Below are positions 34,717-43,371 of a DNA stretch of 53,555 nucleotides, one piece after another. Origin of the DNA: Candidatus Ryanbacteria bacterium RIFCSPLOWO2_12_FULL_44_26 (lineage in GTDB: Bacteria; Patescibacteriota; Minisyncoccia; Ryanbacterales; HO2-45-13); contig MHOA01000003.1 in NCBI GenBank assembly GCA_001821765.1, forward strand, positions 1 to 53,555. Reading direction: 5' to 3'. Under the pieces are notes generated by a model. It was not told where the DNA came from and ran no database searches. It was given only the letters and a program-made list of their open reading frames with translations. Within the stretch, counting starts at the first letter, position 1. Every line of letters begins with the position of its first letter. The translations under genes were made by a program, and so were the position numbers.

Positions 34717-35271
34717 TCAAATACGAAAATGCTTGCGGAGTGTTTTCCTATTTGTAATATGTTGAATCGTTACAAAATGCACATACTCCTCAATCTCATA
34801 CATATCTATAAGAAACTTAACAACATCGCCGCAAGGGAAAGGGTAAACCCAAACGCTCTTTTGTAATTCATAAAATCCCAGCAGTTTTAGCTGGTCACGT
34901 AAGATGTCGCGTGCTTTTCTATATTTCTCCGGGATATCATATATAACCATGCGCCAATTACCATCCCATCGTTTTGGTTTCAATATGGTAAGTTCACCAA
35001 TGTGATACCGCCTCGAAAGCCGTTTTCCTGCAGGAGTAAGTATAATTTTGTAACAACCATTTCGCTTTTCCCGAAAGGCAATAAGTTGCTGTTTACGGAG
35101 TTCACGGATTGCTTTGGATACATAATTTTTCTTAATATTTTCCAACTCCCTTGGTATTTGTTTTAAAATCCACCACTGCCTGCTTGGATGGTAAGTAAAA
35201 CCCAAAGCAAGCCCTGCTGAAAGTAATAGTAAAATTTTCCGTTTCGTTTTACTACGCAAATATTTCGCCAT
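34717..35271 (-). CDS. PaaX-like winged-helix regulator with a Cas2-like/PaaX_C-type C-terminal domain
   Basis: YVSKAIRELRKQQLIAFREKRNGCYKIILTPAGKR is the wHTH part. WDGNWRMVIYDIPEKYRKARDILRDQLKLLGFYELQKSVWVYP is the characteristic PaaX/Cas2-like beta-alpha-beta pattern. The ATG is at 35271; the track start at 35283 is TTG. Confidence 0.65.
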   Translation of the reverse strand: MAKYLRSKTKRKILLLLSAGLALGFTYHPSRQWWILKQIPRELENIKKNYVSKAIRELRKQQLIAFREKRNGCYKIILTPAGKRLSRRYHIGELTILKPKRWDGNWRMVIYDIPEKYRKARDILRDQLKLLGFYELQKSVWVYPFPCGDVVKFLIDMYEIEEYVHFVTIQHITNRKTLRKHFRI

Positions 35272-35420
35272 AATATAGAACAACGCTTACAAATCCTTGT
35301 GTTTAATCAAATCAAAGTTACATTTTATTAATAATCTCATATTTAATCTCATTATAATAAACTAAACTTCTAAAATCCATACTTTTACGATCGTTAAAGT
35401 ATAGACTTATGGATATTTTG

Positions 35421-35463
35421 TATTTCACTGAAATATATTTCACTAAAACATATTTCACTGAAA
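35421..35463. repeat. three tandem 15-nt iterations (TATTTCACT[G/A]AAA + 2 nt)
   Basis: Copies start at 35421, 35436 and 35451. They lie between the GT2 gene stop and the PaaX-like gene's upstream region. Confidence 0.85.
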
Positions 35464-35475
35464 CCCAGCTTACTG

Positions 35476-37071
35476 CTACAGCTTTTGGATTTTTTTTTCC
35501 GCTTGAGAATTTACACTCACGCGTTCCTGAAACAAATTCCCGGCTCGCTTTCCCTCCTTAGGAGTAACCCAAAATCCCATATACTTCCCGAACATCAATC
35601 GAGCTTGCGCATCAAGCCCTGGAATAGCACCGAATACGGTTACGGTAAAAGGCACCAACATCCACTGCAACATCATAAACGCCCAGGAAAAACGGTGACG
35701 GTTTTTCGGTCGCGGCGGAAACAGTGCCACAGACATAAAAGCAGAACCTATCAGACCGAGCATAGCGATAGTCATAAGCGTACGGGTTATACGCGGAAGG
35801 TTATATGAAATAAGTGTCACATTAAACTCATCACCGCCAAGAAAGAGCGGAAGCCATCCAAGGGCAAATATCAAAATAGGGTTAGTCGCGAGCGACCAAA
35901 ATCCTTCTAGCTGTGTAGCAAGATAATAGATACGCTTTTGAAAGGAAATCGCACGGTTTTTAAAAAATCCAAACAATATATAAGGAATGTTTTCCACTCC
36001 CCATGTCCAACGACGCTGCTGGCGGTAGATGTTTCTCACAGTTTTAAAAAAAGTCGGCGCGACATTCGCATCCATAGAGACCGGATAAAAAAGCGGAACA
36101 ACGTAATAATCTCCATTAAATGCAAGGAGCGCATTCCAAAAAATCCGTGAGTCTTCTGAAACCACGTTGGCCTGCCAAAATCCCACTTTCACCAATGCCT
36201 TAAAACTCATTGAATGAGAAGAGAATGTTGTAAGACGCTCGGGACGCACCTGCTGCATCATCTGCCAGTATGTCCCTGAAACCGCAACCACTCTTGAAAG
36301 AACCGGGGCATCCCAAATATTGTTATTGTAGAGAGGAATTGGCTGATACGACGACTGATAAGGATGCTCTGCAGTGAGAAAATGATACGTAAGACACAAA
36401 AAATATTGCGGGTATGCCTGGGTATCAATATCAAACGATGAGACTACAATATTTTCATATGGTATCCGAAATGCATCAATAATCTCTTTTTTCGTCTCTT
36501 TGGCTGCCCATGCAATGTTAGCGCCCTTGCCCATCAATTCCCCTTTCATGTTTTGAGAATGTTTAGTGACTAAAAAATGTCCGAATACATTTGCATAGCT
36601 TTGCCTTACGCGCTCGGCAATGTTTTGAGCCTCCTGGCCAGCCCGCTCCTCGGTTGCAAGCACGACGATCATCCGTTCTTTTGGCCATTTGGAATCTTTC
36701 AGAGACTGACACGCCTCTGTTACAACCTCATATGGTTCGTTATAAAACGGAAGAATCACAAGCTGCCAAACATGGTTCCACTTTAAATGCACCAGTCGCT
36801 CCTCCCAGTCAATCTCCATATAATGAATCATCCGTCTCCAGCTCGCCCGAAGATGCAAAGACAAATATGCTGTCTTCACCAACCAATACACATCAAAGGC
36901 AATAATAAATATTGCCACCGCAATCGGGTAAACCCATGAAAAAAACACCATCCCCAAAATGGTCCCCCATGAAAGCGCTCCCGGGAACACTTCAAACAAC
37001 CGATACAACCAACGATCCCCTCCTTTTAAATCGGAAGCGTGTCCCACTCGCAAGTACGATTTCTTATCCAT
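35476..37071 (-). CDS. membrane-embedded family-2 glycosyltransferase (processive, cellulose/chitin-synthase-like)
   Basis: ILPFYNEPYEVV, SSFDIDTQ and the Q-x-x-RW motif (YRQQRRWTWG) are present, with multiple N- and C-terminal TM segments. Confidence 0.8.
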   Translation of the reverse strand: MDKKSYLRVGHASDLKGGDRWLYRLFEVFPGALSWGTILGMVFFSWVYPIAVAIFIIAFDVYWLVKTAYLSLHLRASWRRMIHYMEIDWEERLVHLKWNHVWQLVILPFYNEPYEVVTEACQSLKDSKWPKERMIVVLATEERAGQEAQNIAERVRQSYANVFGHFLVTKHSQNMKGELMGKGANIAWAAKETKKEIIDAFRIPYENIVVSSFDIDTQAYPQYFLCLTYHFLTAEHPYQSSYQPIPLYNNNIWDAPVLSRVVAVSGTYWQMMQQVRPERLTTFSSHSMSFKALVKVGFWQANVVSEDSRIFWNALLAFNGDYYVVPLFYPVSMDANVAPTFFKTVRNIYRQQRRWTWGVENIPYILFGFFKNRAISFQKRIYYLATQLEGFWSLATNPILIFALGWLPLFLGGDEFNVTLISYNLPRITRTLMTIAMLGLIGSAFMSVALFPPRPKNRHRFSWAFMMLQWMLVPFTVTVFGAIPGLDAQARLMFGKYMGFWVTPKEGKRAGNLFQERVSVNSQAEKKIQKL

Positions 37072-37094
37072 ATATTTTGTATCTTAACTGTAAA

Positions 37095-37121
37095 CGAAAA
37101 ACACCCGCCTTAAAAGCGGGC
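37095..37121 (-). terminator. weak terminator-like hairpin
   Basis: The minus strand reads CCCGC-ttttaag-GCGGG followed by TGTTTTTCGTTT. Confidence 0.4.
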
Positions 37122-37377
37122 TTGTTTCTTATATAAACAGGGGGGCTTAACCAAGATATGAATACCTTACCGAAAGTTTTTCTTCTTGACCTGGGCAGTT
37201 CGGCTGTGCTCACTATAAACCTGTCAAATGGTGGCAACTACTTTATCTTTTTAATTTTAATACCGTGTTTATGCAAGAGTTCTATTCCATCATCGTTTCC
37301 GTAAAGATGCGGATAGTAAACCTCACGAATTTTATTTTTAAGAATTTCTTTTTGCCCCGAAAAATCCATACGATTTG

Positions 37378-37452
37378 GTCGCCGAGTCCCTCCTTCGTCG
37401 GGATAAACTCCGCGAGGCGAACCAAAACTCTTTGACTTTTCCAACGTGGTGC
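37378..37452. repeat. 75-nt exact direct repeat, distal copy
   Basis: gtcgccgagtccctccttcgtcgggataaactccgcgaggcgaaccaaaactctttgacttttccaacgtggtgc is identical to 38307-38381. A further ~30 nt to the left is similar but diverged. Confidence 0.95.
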
Positions 37453-37574
37453 AGTATTCTTAAATTAGTCCGAACGCATTTCGCCGCCTGCGGCGGCGAG
37501 GAATTCCCCCCGCGAAAATTCGGAAAGGCGGCGGCTTGTACTGAGCGAAGTCGAAGTGGGCCGCACCGCTGACA

Positions 37575-37598
37575 ATTTCAAGTTTTTCTTTGGCGGCA
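37575..37598. repeat. 24-nt exact repeat word, copy 2 (atttcaagtttttctttggcggca)
   Basis: Identical to 29218-29241. It ends 6 nt from the stop codon of 37605-38231. Confidence 0.9.
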
Positions 37599-37604
37599 GA
37601 AAAA

Positions 37605-38231
37605 TTAATCAATAAATTCGAAAGTGGCCATCATTTGTTCAAAAATCTTTTCGGCCGATTCTGCCAATGATTGATTATAATCACCAGCAACATGCCATTT
37701 AATTTCAAACATATTAAGTCCCTTAGCAAAGAAAACGGTATTATTGTCGATTTTGAGTGCCTTCATATTTTTGAATGTCGTTTCTTCAAACTTAACTCCT
37801 TCAAGATTGATTCCAGTAGGAATTTGTTTTACCCATTCTCGATACCATTCTTCGGTAGGTGTTTTTCTAAGTGGGTTGGGCTCAACAATAACATCAACAA
37901 CAGCATCGTTAAGGTATTTATCGCCTTGTTTAGTTATTTTCGTAAATCGAACTGCTGCGGGAGATTGTTTTACGGTAATTTGCCCAAGTTCCCAGTCGGG
38001 TGGATAGTTAATTCGATATTTATATTCTGTATTTGTAAATATTTTCCATTGAGCGGTTTCGGATTGTGGAGTCGGTGTTGGCGATACAGCAGTATTTGTT
38101 TGAGTGGGAGTTGGCGTCGGTTGTTGAGAACCCGGCTCAAACTTTTTAACAAACATAAAATATCCAACTGCGCCAACCAATATCACAATTACTACTACCA
38201 AAACCATATTTGCAAAACCTCTTTGATTCAT
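37605..38231 (-). CDS. membrane-anchored secreted protein with Pro/Thr linker, unknown function (208 aa)
   Basis: It opens MNQRGFANMVLVVVIVILVGAVGYFMF (anchor), continues through the linker QQPTPTPTQTNTAVSPTPTPQ, and ends in a globular domain. The start is set at the ATG at 38231. Confidence 0.65.
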   Translation of the reverse strand: MNQRGFANMVLVVVIVILVGAVGYFMFVKKFEPGSQQPTPTPTQTNTAVSPTPTPQSETAQWKIFTNTEYKYRINYPPDWELGQITVKQSPAAVRFTKITKQGDKYLNDAVVDVIVEPNPLRKTPTEEWYREWVKQIPTGINLEGVKFEETTFKNMKALKIDNNTVFFAKGLNMFEIKWHVAGDYNQSLAESAEKIFEQMMATFEFID

Positions 38232-38306
38232 ATGATTAAAAAATTTTCTTCCCCCAAAATGCAGAATCGCCAATTCGTTTTTGCCCCCAAAATTGAATAC
38301 AAATTA

Positions 38307-38381
38307 GTCGCCGAGTCCCTCCTTCGTCGGGATAAACTCCGCGAGGCGAACCAAAACTCTTTGACTTTTCCAACGTGGTGC
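38307..38381. repeat. 75-nt exact direct repeat, tRNA-proximal copy
   Basis: Its last 6 nt (tggtgc) are the complement of the tRNA-Ile 3' end GCACCA. Confidence 0.95.
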
Positions 38382-38451
38382 GCCTGCTAGGACTCGAACC
38401 TAGAACCACGAAGGTATAAGCTTCGCGCTCTACCAATTGAGCTACAGGCGC
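38376..38451 (-). tRNA. tRNA-Ile with anticodon UAU, CCA encoded
   Basis: Hand fold: acceptor GCGCCTG/CAGGCGC, D stem GCTC/GAGC, anticodon stem CGAAG/CTTCG with loop C-T-TAT-A-C, and T arm CTAGG-TTCGAGT-CCTAG. Confidence 0.8.
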
Positions 38452-38478
38452 GCACATCATAAACGAACACAAAAAATG

Positions 38479-40335
38479 TTATGAAGTCGCAGTTGCGACA
38501 CCGGCACGAGATACAGGAGAGACAAGCCGATCAAAATCCTCGCGCTCAATACTTTCGTGTTTCATCAGATAGTTTGCAAGCTCCTCAAGCTTTCCGCGCT
38601 TTGATTTAAGAACTGATCGGGCGCGCTTAAACGCGCTTTTCATAAAGCGGCTTATTTCCTGATCAACCAATGATGCGACGCGTTCTGAATAGTTTTTCTC
38701 CGACATGAGTTCCTTGCCTAAAAAGACAAACTCATCACCATGGCTTAAAGTCACCGGACCGATCCTTTCCGACATACCATAGCGCATAATAATATCCCTG
38801 ACAATGGCCGTAGCTCCCTGCAAATCATTTGCAGCGCCTGTTGTGAGCTCACCAAACACAAGATCCTCCGCCGCATACCCTCCAAGCAAAACTGCAAGTT
38901 CATCAACAAAATAACTTCTCGAATATAGATGACGGTCAGATTCCGGGAGTTTCAGTGTATATCCCGCCGCTCTGCCTCTTGAAACAAGTGAAATCTTATG
39001 CACCGGATCCGCGTGAGGGAGATATGCTGCAGTAAGAGCATGGCCTGCTTCATGATACGCGGTAATCTTCTTTTCCTCTTGCGAAAGTAGCCGACTTTTC
39101 CTTTCGGGTCCCAAAAGTACTTTTTCAATCGAGCTGATCAAGTCAGATTCAATAATCTCTTTTCTTCCTTTCCTTGTTGCTAAAATCGCGGCTTCATTGA
39201 TGAGGTTCGCCAGATCAGCTCCGGAAAGACCAGGTGTTCGCTCTGCAATTTTGCGCAAATGAACACCCTTGGCAAGCACTCTTTTGCCTGCGTGAATGTT
39301 AAGAATGGCCTCGCGCGCTTTAATGTCAGGCAGATCAAGAACAACTCTTCTGTCAAAACGGCCGGGGCGAAGAAGAGCCGGATCCAGCACATCAGGCCGG
39401 TTCGTTGCGGCCATCAGAATCACTTGATCAGATGTGTCAAAACCATCCATCTCAACCAAGATTTGATTGAGCGTTTGTTCTCTTTCATCGTGCCCACCAC
39501 CGAGCCCTGCTCCACGGTGCCTGCCAACAGCATCAATTTCGTCAATAAATATAATAGAGGGGGCAGCTTTCTTGGCGTTTTTAAACAAATCTCTCACACG
39601 GCTCGCACCAACCCCCACAAACATTTCTACAAACTCTGAAGCAGAAATCTGGAAAAAGGGCACCACGGCTTCGCCAGCAACGGCACGCGCCAGAAGCGTT
39701 TTTCCCGTTCCCGGAGCTCCCATAAGAAGCACTCCTCTTGGTATTCGCGCCCCAATTTCAAAAAACTTTTTTGGATTTTTTAAGAAATCCACAATCTCCA
39801 TAAGCTCCTCTTTTGCCTCATCAACCCCAGCTACATCTTTAAACGTCACTGTATGCTTTCCTCCATGCGGTTTCACTAAACGTGCACGGGACTGGCCAAA
39901 CCCAAGCGCTTGAATATTAGCCTGTTGTACTTTGCGCCCCATAAACCATATAAGGAGAATGATAAAAACGATGGGAATTACCAACGGCAATGCCAATCTT
40001 ACCCACAACACCAAAGCCGAAGGGCCTTTTACCTCAACAACAAGGTTTTGGGGGCGCAACATCTCAGGAACAACGCCATAATTCAGCAAGGTTTCAGAAA
40101 GAGATGATTCGGGCTCTTTTTTCGCTGTTTGCACCGCGCCGCCCTTGAGTGTAATCTCAAGATTTTCCTCTGCAAGAACAACACTTTTCACCTCGCCGTT
40201 GTTTATTTCCTCAACAAGCTTTGAGATTGTGATTGATTCTTTTTCCTGGACAGAGCCAATCAGCGTCGCATACAGCGTCGCCATCAGAAAAAAGATCATG
40301 AGTGCGAATATAATATTTTTTGAAAATGACTTCAT
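38479..40335 (-). CDS. ftsH: ATP-dependent zinc metalloprotease FtsH
   Basis: It has two N-terminal TM segments, the AAA+ Walker [12 protein letters not shown], the SRH region, and the zinc motif HEAGHAL. The start is set at the ATG at 40335 (MKSFSKN...). Confidence 0.93.
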   Translation of the reverse strand: MKSFSKNIIFALMIFFLMATLYATLIGSVQEKESITISKLVEEINNGEVKSVVLAEENLEITLKGGAVQTAKKEPESSLSETLLNYGVVPEMLRPQNLVVEVKGPSALVLWVRLALPLVIPIVFIILLIWFMGRKVQQANIQALGFGQSRARLVKPHGGKHTVTFKDVAGVDEAKEELMEIVDFLKNPKKFFEIGARIPRGVLLMGAPGTGKTLLARAVAGEAVVPFFQISASEFVEMFVGVGASRVRDLFKNAKKAAPSIIFIDEIDAVGRHRGAGLGGGHDEREQTLNQILVEMDGFDTSDQVILMAATNRPDVLDPALLRPGRFDRRVVLDLPDIKAREAILNIHAGKRVLAKGVHLRKIAERTPGLSGADLANLINEAAILATRKGRKEIIESDLISSIEKVLLGPERKSRLLSQEEKKITAYHEAGHALTAAYLPHADPVHKISLVSRGRAAGYTLKLPESDRHLYSRSYFVDELAVLLGGYAAEDLVFGELTTGAANDLQGATAIVRDIIMRYGMSERIGPVTLSHGDEFVFLGKELMSEKNYSERVASLVDQEISRFMKSAFKRARSVLKSKRGKLEELANYLMKHESIEREDFDRLVSPVSRAGVATATS

Positions 40336-40460
40336 ATAATGTATAAGTATAATATACCACAAAACGAAGGAAATCAAGAGGAAATCTATGGATGTCGGAA
40401 ATGAGGGATGTTTTTACATTTGACTCATCGCACAGCGTTACATATGATGCTAACTAATTC

Positions 40461-41342
40461 ATGAACGCCAATAACAAAGAGATATATGCCGCCACCTCCG
40501 ACAGCGAAACGTGGCCAGCACTATTGAAAGAACTGCCTCTCAAAGATCAACCAAAACGGCTTTATATGAAAGGGACTATGCCGCCGCAAGACTCTCTCCT
40601 GGTTGCCATTGTCGGGACAAGGCGACCAACATCTTACGGGAAATCGGCTGCATACGAGATTGCCGCATATCTTACGCGCTTAGGCATCGTCACAGTAAGC
40701 GGCATGGCTGTCGGAATAGACACTGTTGTACACAAAGCATCAGTTGAAAACGGAGGAAAAACCATTGCTGTCCTGGGATCAGGATTAAACAGTGACGTTA
40801 TATATCCACAAATAAACAGGCCATTGGCGCAAAAGATTGTTGAAAGAGGAGGTTGTCTTATTTCGGAATATGAACCGGATACACAGGCGGCAAAATGGAC
40901 TTTTCCAAGCCGAAACCGTATAATCGCAGGCATGTCAAAAGCAGTTGTGATTATTGAGGCGAGAGCAAAAAGCGGAGCACTTATTACTGCACGCCTTGCG
41001 ACCGAATATGCACGGGAAGTGTTTGCGCTTCCGGGATCAATCTTTCATAGCACGGCGGAGGGTCCGAACCGCCTCATACAGGCCGGGGCTATACCGATCA
41101 CCTCACCGGATGATATACCAACCGTTCTTGGAATAGATATAAAGAAGTCCAAGGAGCGCGACGATAAAACGCTTTCTCCTTATGAGCGGCAAATTATACG
41201 CATACTCGAAGAACCGCTCACTCTCGATGAGATTATAAAAAAATGCGCATTGCCGAGAGAAATTGTTCTCTCATCGCTCAGCCGTCTTGAAATTTTTGGC
41301 GTTGTGAAAAGCAGCAGCGAAGGTTTATACAGAAAAACATAA
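40461..41342 (+). CDS. dprA: DNA processing protein DprA (Smf)
   Basis: VAIVGTRRPTSYG, SGMAVGIDTVVHKA and the Rossmann-like core are present. It lies immediately upstream of topA, a common pairing. Confidence 0.88.
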   Translation: MNANNKEIYAATSDSETWPALLKELPLKDQPKRLYMKGTMPPQDSLLVAIVGTRRPTSYGKSAAYEIAAYLTRLGIVTVSGMAVGIDTVVHKASVENGGKTIAVLGSGLNSDVIYPQINRPLAQKIVERGGCLISEYEPDTQAAKWTFPSRNRIIAGMSKAVVIIEARAKSGALITARLATEYAREVFALPGSIFHSTAEGPNRLIQAGAIPITSPDDIPTVLGIDIKKSKERDDKTLSPYERQIIRILEEPLTLDEIIKKCALPREIVLSSLSRLEIFGVVKSSSEGLYRKT

Positions 41343-41343
41343 C

Positions 41344-43338
41344 ATGAAACTTATCATCGTTGAATCTCCCACAAAAGCGCGTACTATTGAGCGGTTTGTC
41401 GGAAAAAACTTTAAAGTTGAATCAAGTTATGGCCACGTGCGGGATCTGCCTTCCTCAACGCTTGGAATTGATATAGAAAACGATTTTACCCCAAAGTATA
41501 TAACTCCACGCAAAGCTCTCAAAAACGTAAAGGCCTTAAAGGAAGCGGCAAAAAAAGCCGAGGAAATTATTCTTGCAACCGACGAAGATCGCGAAGGTGA
41601 AGCGATTGCATGGCATTTAGGAGAAGTGCTGAAAATCAACGATCCAAAACGCATCATATTTCACGAAATCACGAAAAACGCCATTACCGAAGCATTACAA
41701 CATCCCCGCAAACTCAATAATAACCTTATAAACGCCCAGCAGGCACGAAGAATTCTTGACAGACTGGTTGGATATACATTGTCTCCGTTTTTGTGGAAAA
41801 AAGTGATGCGCGGACTTTCTGCAGGAAGGGTTCAATCCGTGGCGCTCCGGTTAATTATAGAACGTGAAAAAGAAAGGTTGCAGTTCAAACCTCAGGAATA
41901 TTGGACTATTACTGCAACGCTTGAAACACCAAAAGACAAAAACACCTTTGACGCCCATCTGTATAAAATACATGACAAAACGGTTGAAAAATTTGATTTG
42001 GCAACCGAAACAGACGCTAAAAAAATCATTAAAAACGTTCAGGGCAAGACATGGCAAGTGTTAGATGTTGTGCACAAAAGCGTAAAACGCCTGCCTCAAG
42101 CGCCGTTTACCACAAGTGCCCTTCAACAAGAAGCAAGCAAACGATTCAATTTCTCGGCAAAACAAACAATGTACATTGCCCAACAACTTTATGAGGGAGT
42201 TGAGCTGGAGAAAGAAACCACGGGGCTTATCACCTATATGAGAACAGATTCAACACACGTTGCCGACGAAGCGCTGAAAGAACTTCATGGTTTTATAAAA
42301 GAACAATATGGAGATCAATATACGCTGGAAAAGAAACGGGAGTTTAAGACAAAGACAAAAAGAGCGCAAGAAGCGCATGAAGCAATCCGCCCGACAAGTG
42401 TATCGAGAACACCGGATGCCATAAAAAATTATCTTGATAAAAAGCAGTTCAAACTCTACGAACTTGTCTGGCAGCGCTTTGTTGCGAGTCAGATGCAGCC
42501 AGCCATGTTTGATGCCACCACAATAGACATCGCTGTTGATGATATGGTGTTTAGAAGTGTGGGGCAAACGCTCCGTTTTGATGGATACTTGAAAGTCTGG
42601 CCGTTTGCGTCGCAGGAAATGTTGCTCCCGGAGCTTACAAAAGGGGAACAGGTAACATTACTATCAATAATGCCAAACCAACACTTCACCCAACCACCGC
42701 CGCGATATAGCGAAGCATCACTCATAAAAACCCTTGAACAATACGGCATCGGCCGCCCTTCTACATATGCTCCTATTATGTCAACACTGGATGAGCGAGG
42801 ATATGTGACGAGAGGAGAAAAAAGGCAGCTTACTCCAACAGAAATAGGTTTTATAGTAAATGACCTTCTGGTTGAACACTTCCCTAATATTGTTGATGTG
42901 CAGTTCACAGCAGAGATGGAAGAAAATCTGGACAAAATCGCTGAAGGAAAAGTGGATTGGACTCCTGTAGTGAAAGACTTTTATGAGCCGTTCGCTGTTC
43001 ATTTAGAAAAAAAGCTGGAAACAGTAGAAAAAAAAGACATGACCATACCAACGGACGAAGTTTGTAAAACATGCGGAAAACCGATGATTATCAAACACGG
43101 GAGATTTGGAAAATTCCTTGCGTGCTCGGGTTTCCCCGACTGCAAAACAACAAAAGCCCTTCCTCCGACTTCCCTTCACATACCCTGTCCCGAATGCAAG
43201 GAGGGGGAAATCGTTGAGCGTTATACACGAAAAAGAAAACTCTTCTTCGGCTGCTCACGCTACCCCGACTGTACATATGCTACTTGGAAACGCCCCCAGT
43301 CAAGTGAAGAAAAAGGCGACGCCGAACATACGACATAG
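41344..43338 (+). CDS. topA: DNA topoisomerase I
   Basis: It has the Toprim MKLIIVESPTKARTIERF and TDEDREGEAIAWH, the catalytic region GLITYMRTDS, and C-terminal Cys4 zinc ribbons (CKTCGKPM...CSGFPDC; CPECKEG...CSRYPDC). Confidence 0.93.
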   Translation: MKLIIVESPTKARTIERFVGKNFKVESSYGHVRDLPSSTLGIDIENDFTPKYITPRKALKNVKALKEAAKKAEEIILATDEDREGEAIAWHLGEVLKINDPKRIIFHEITKNAITEALQHPRKLNNNLINAQQARRILDRLVGYTLSPFLWKKVMRGLSAGRVQSVALRLIIEREKERLQFKPQEYWTITATLETPKDKNTFDAHLYKIHDKTVEKFDLATETDAKKIIKNVQGKTWQVLDVVHKSVKRLPQAPFTTSALQQEASKRFNFSAKQTMYIAQQLYEGVELEKETTGLITYMRTDSTHVADEALKELHGFIKEQYGDQYTLEKKREFKTKTKRAQEAHEAIRPTSVSRTPDAIKNYLDKKQFKLYELVWQRFVASQMQPAMFDATTIDIAVDDMVFRSVGQTLRFDGYLKVWPFASQEMLLPELTKGEQVTLLSIMPNQHFTQPPPRYSEASLIKTLEQYGIGRPSTYAPIMSTLDERGYVTRGEKRQLTPTEIGFIVNDLLVEHFPNIVDVQFTAEMEENLDKIAEGKVDWTPVVKDFYEPFAVHLEKKLETVEKKDMTIPTDEVCKTCGKPMIIKHGRFGKFLACSGFPDCKTTKALPPTSLHIPCPECKEGEIVERYTRKRKLFFGCSRYPDCTYATWKRPQSSEEKGDAEHTT

Positions 43339-43371
43339 AGTTGCCTGGAAACCGCATCCATCATACAGTAA

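Noticed and set aside
35421-35463. A CRISPR array (iterated short repeats).
   Set aside because: There are only three 13-nt repeats with 2-nt gaps and no spacers of CRISPR length. No cas genes are present; the adjacent PaaX-like protein only shares a Cas2-like fold pattern.
37238-37444. A 68-aa minus-strand ORF, and its counterpart at 38236-38472.
   Set aside because: The shared N-terminal part (EKSKSFGSPRGVYPDEGGTRR) is simply the translation of the 75-bp direct repeat, and the second ORF runs through tRNA-Ile. The repeat-free C-terminal 43 codons (37238-37369, MDFSGQKEILKNKIREVYYPHLYGNDDGIELLHKHGIKIKKIK) look protein-like, but I have no independent support for them.
37671-38390. A 239-aa + strand ORF across the cassette.
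   Set aside because: It is antisense to the better-supported 37605-38231 gene, which has a signal anchor, Pro/Thr linker and globular domain. The antisense ORF is Phe/Ile/Asn-rich low-complexity translation of AT-rich sequence.
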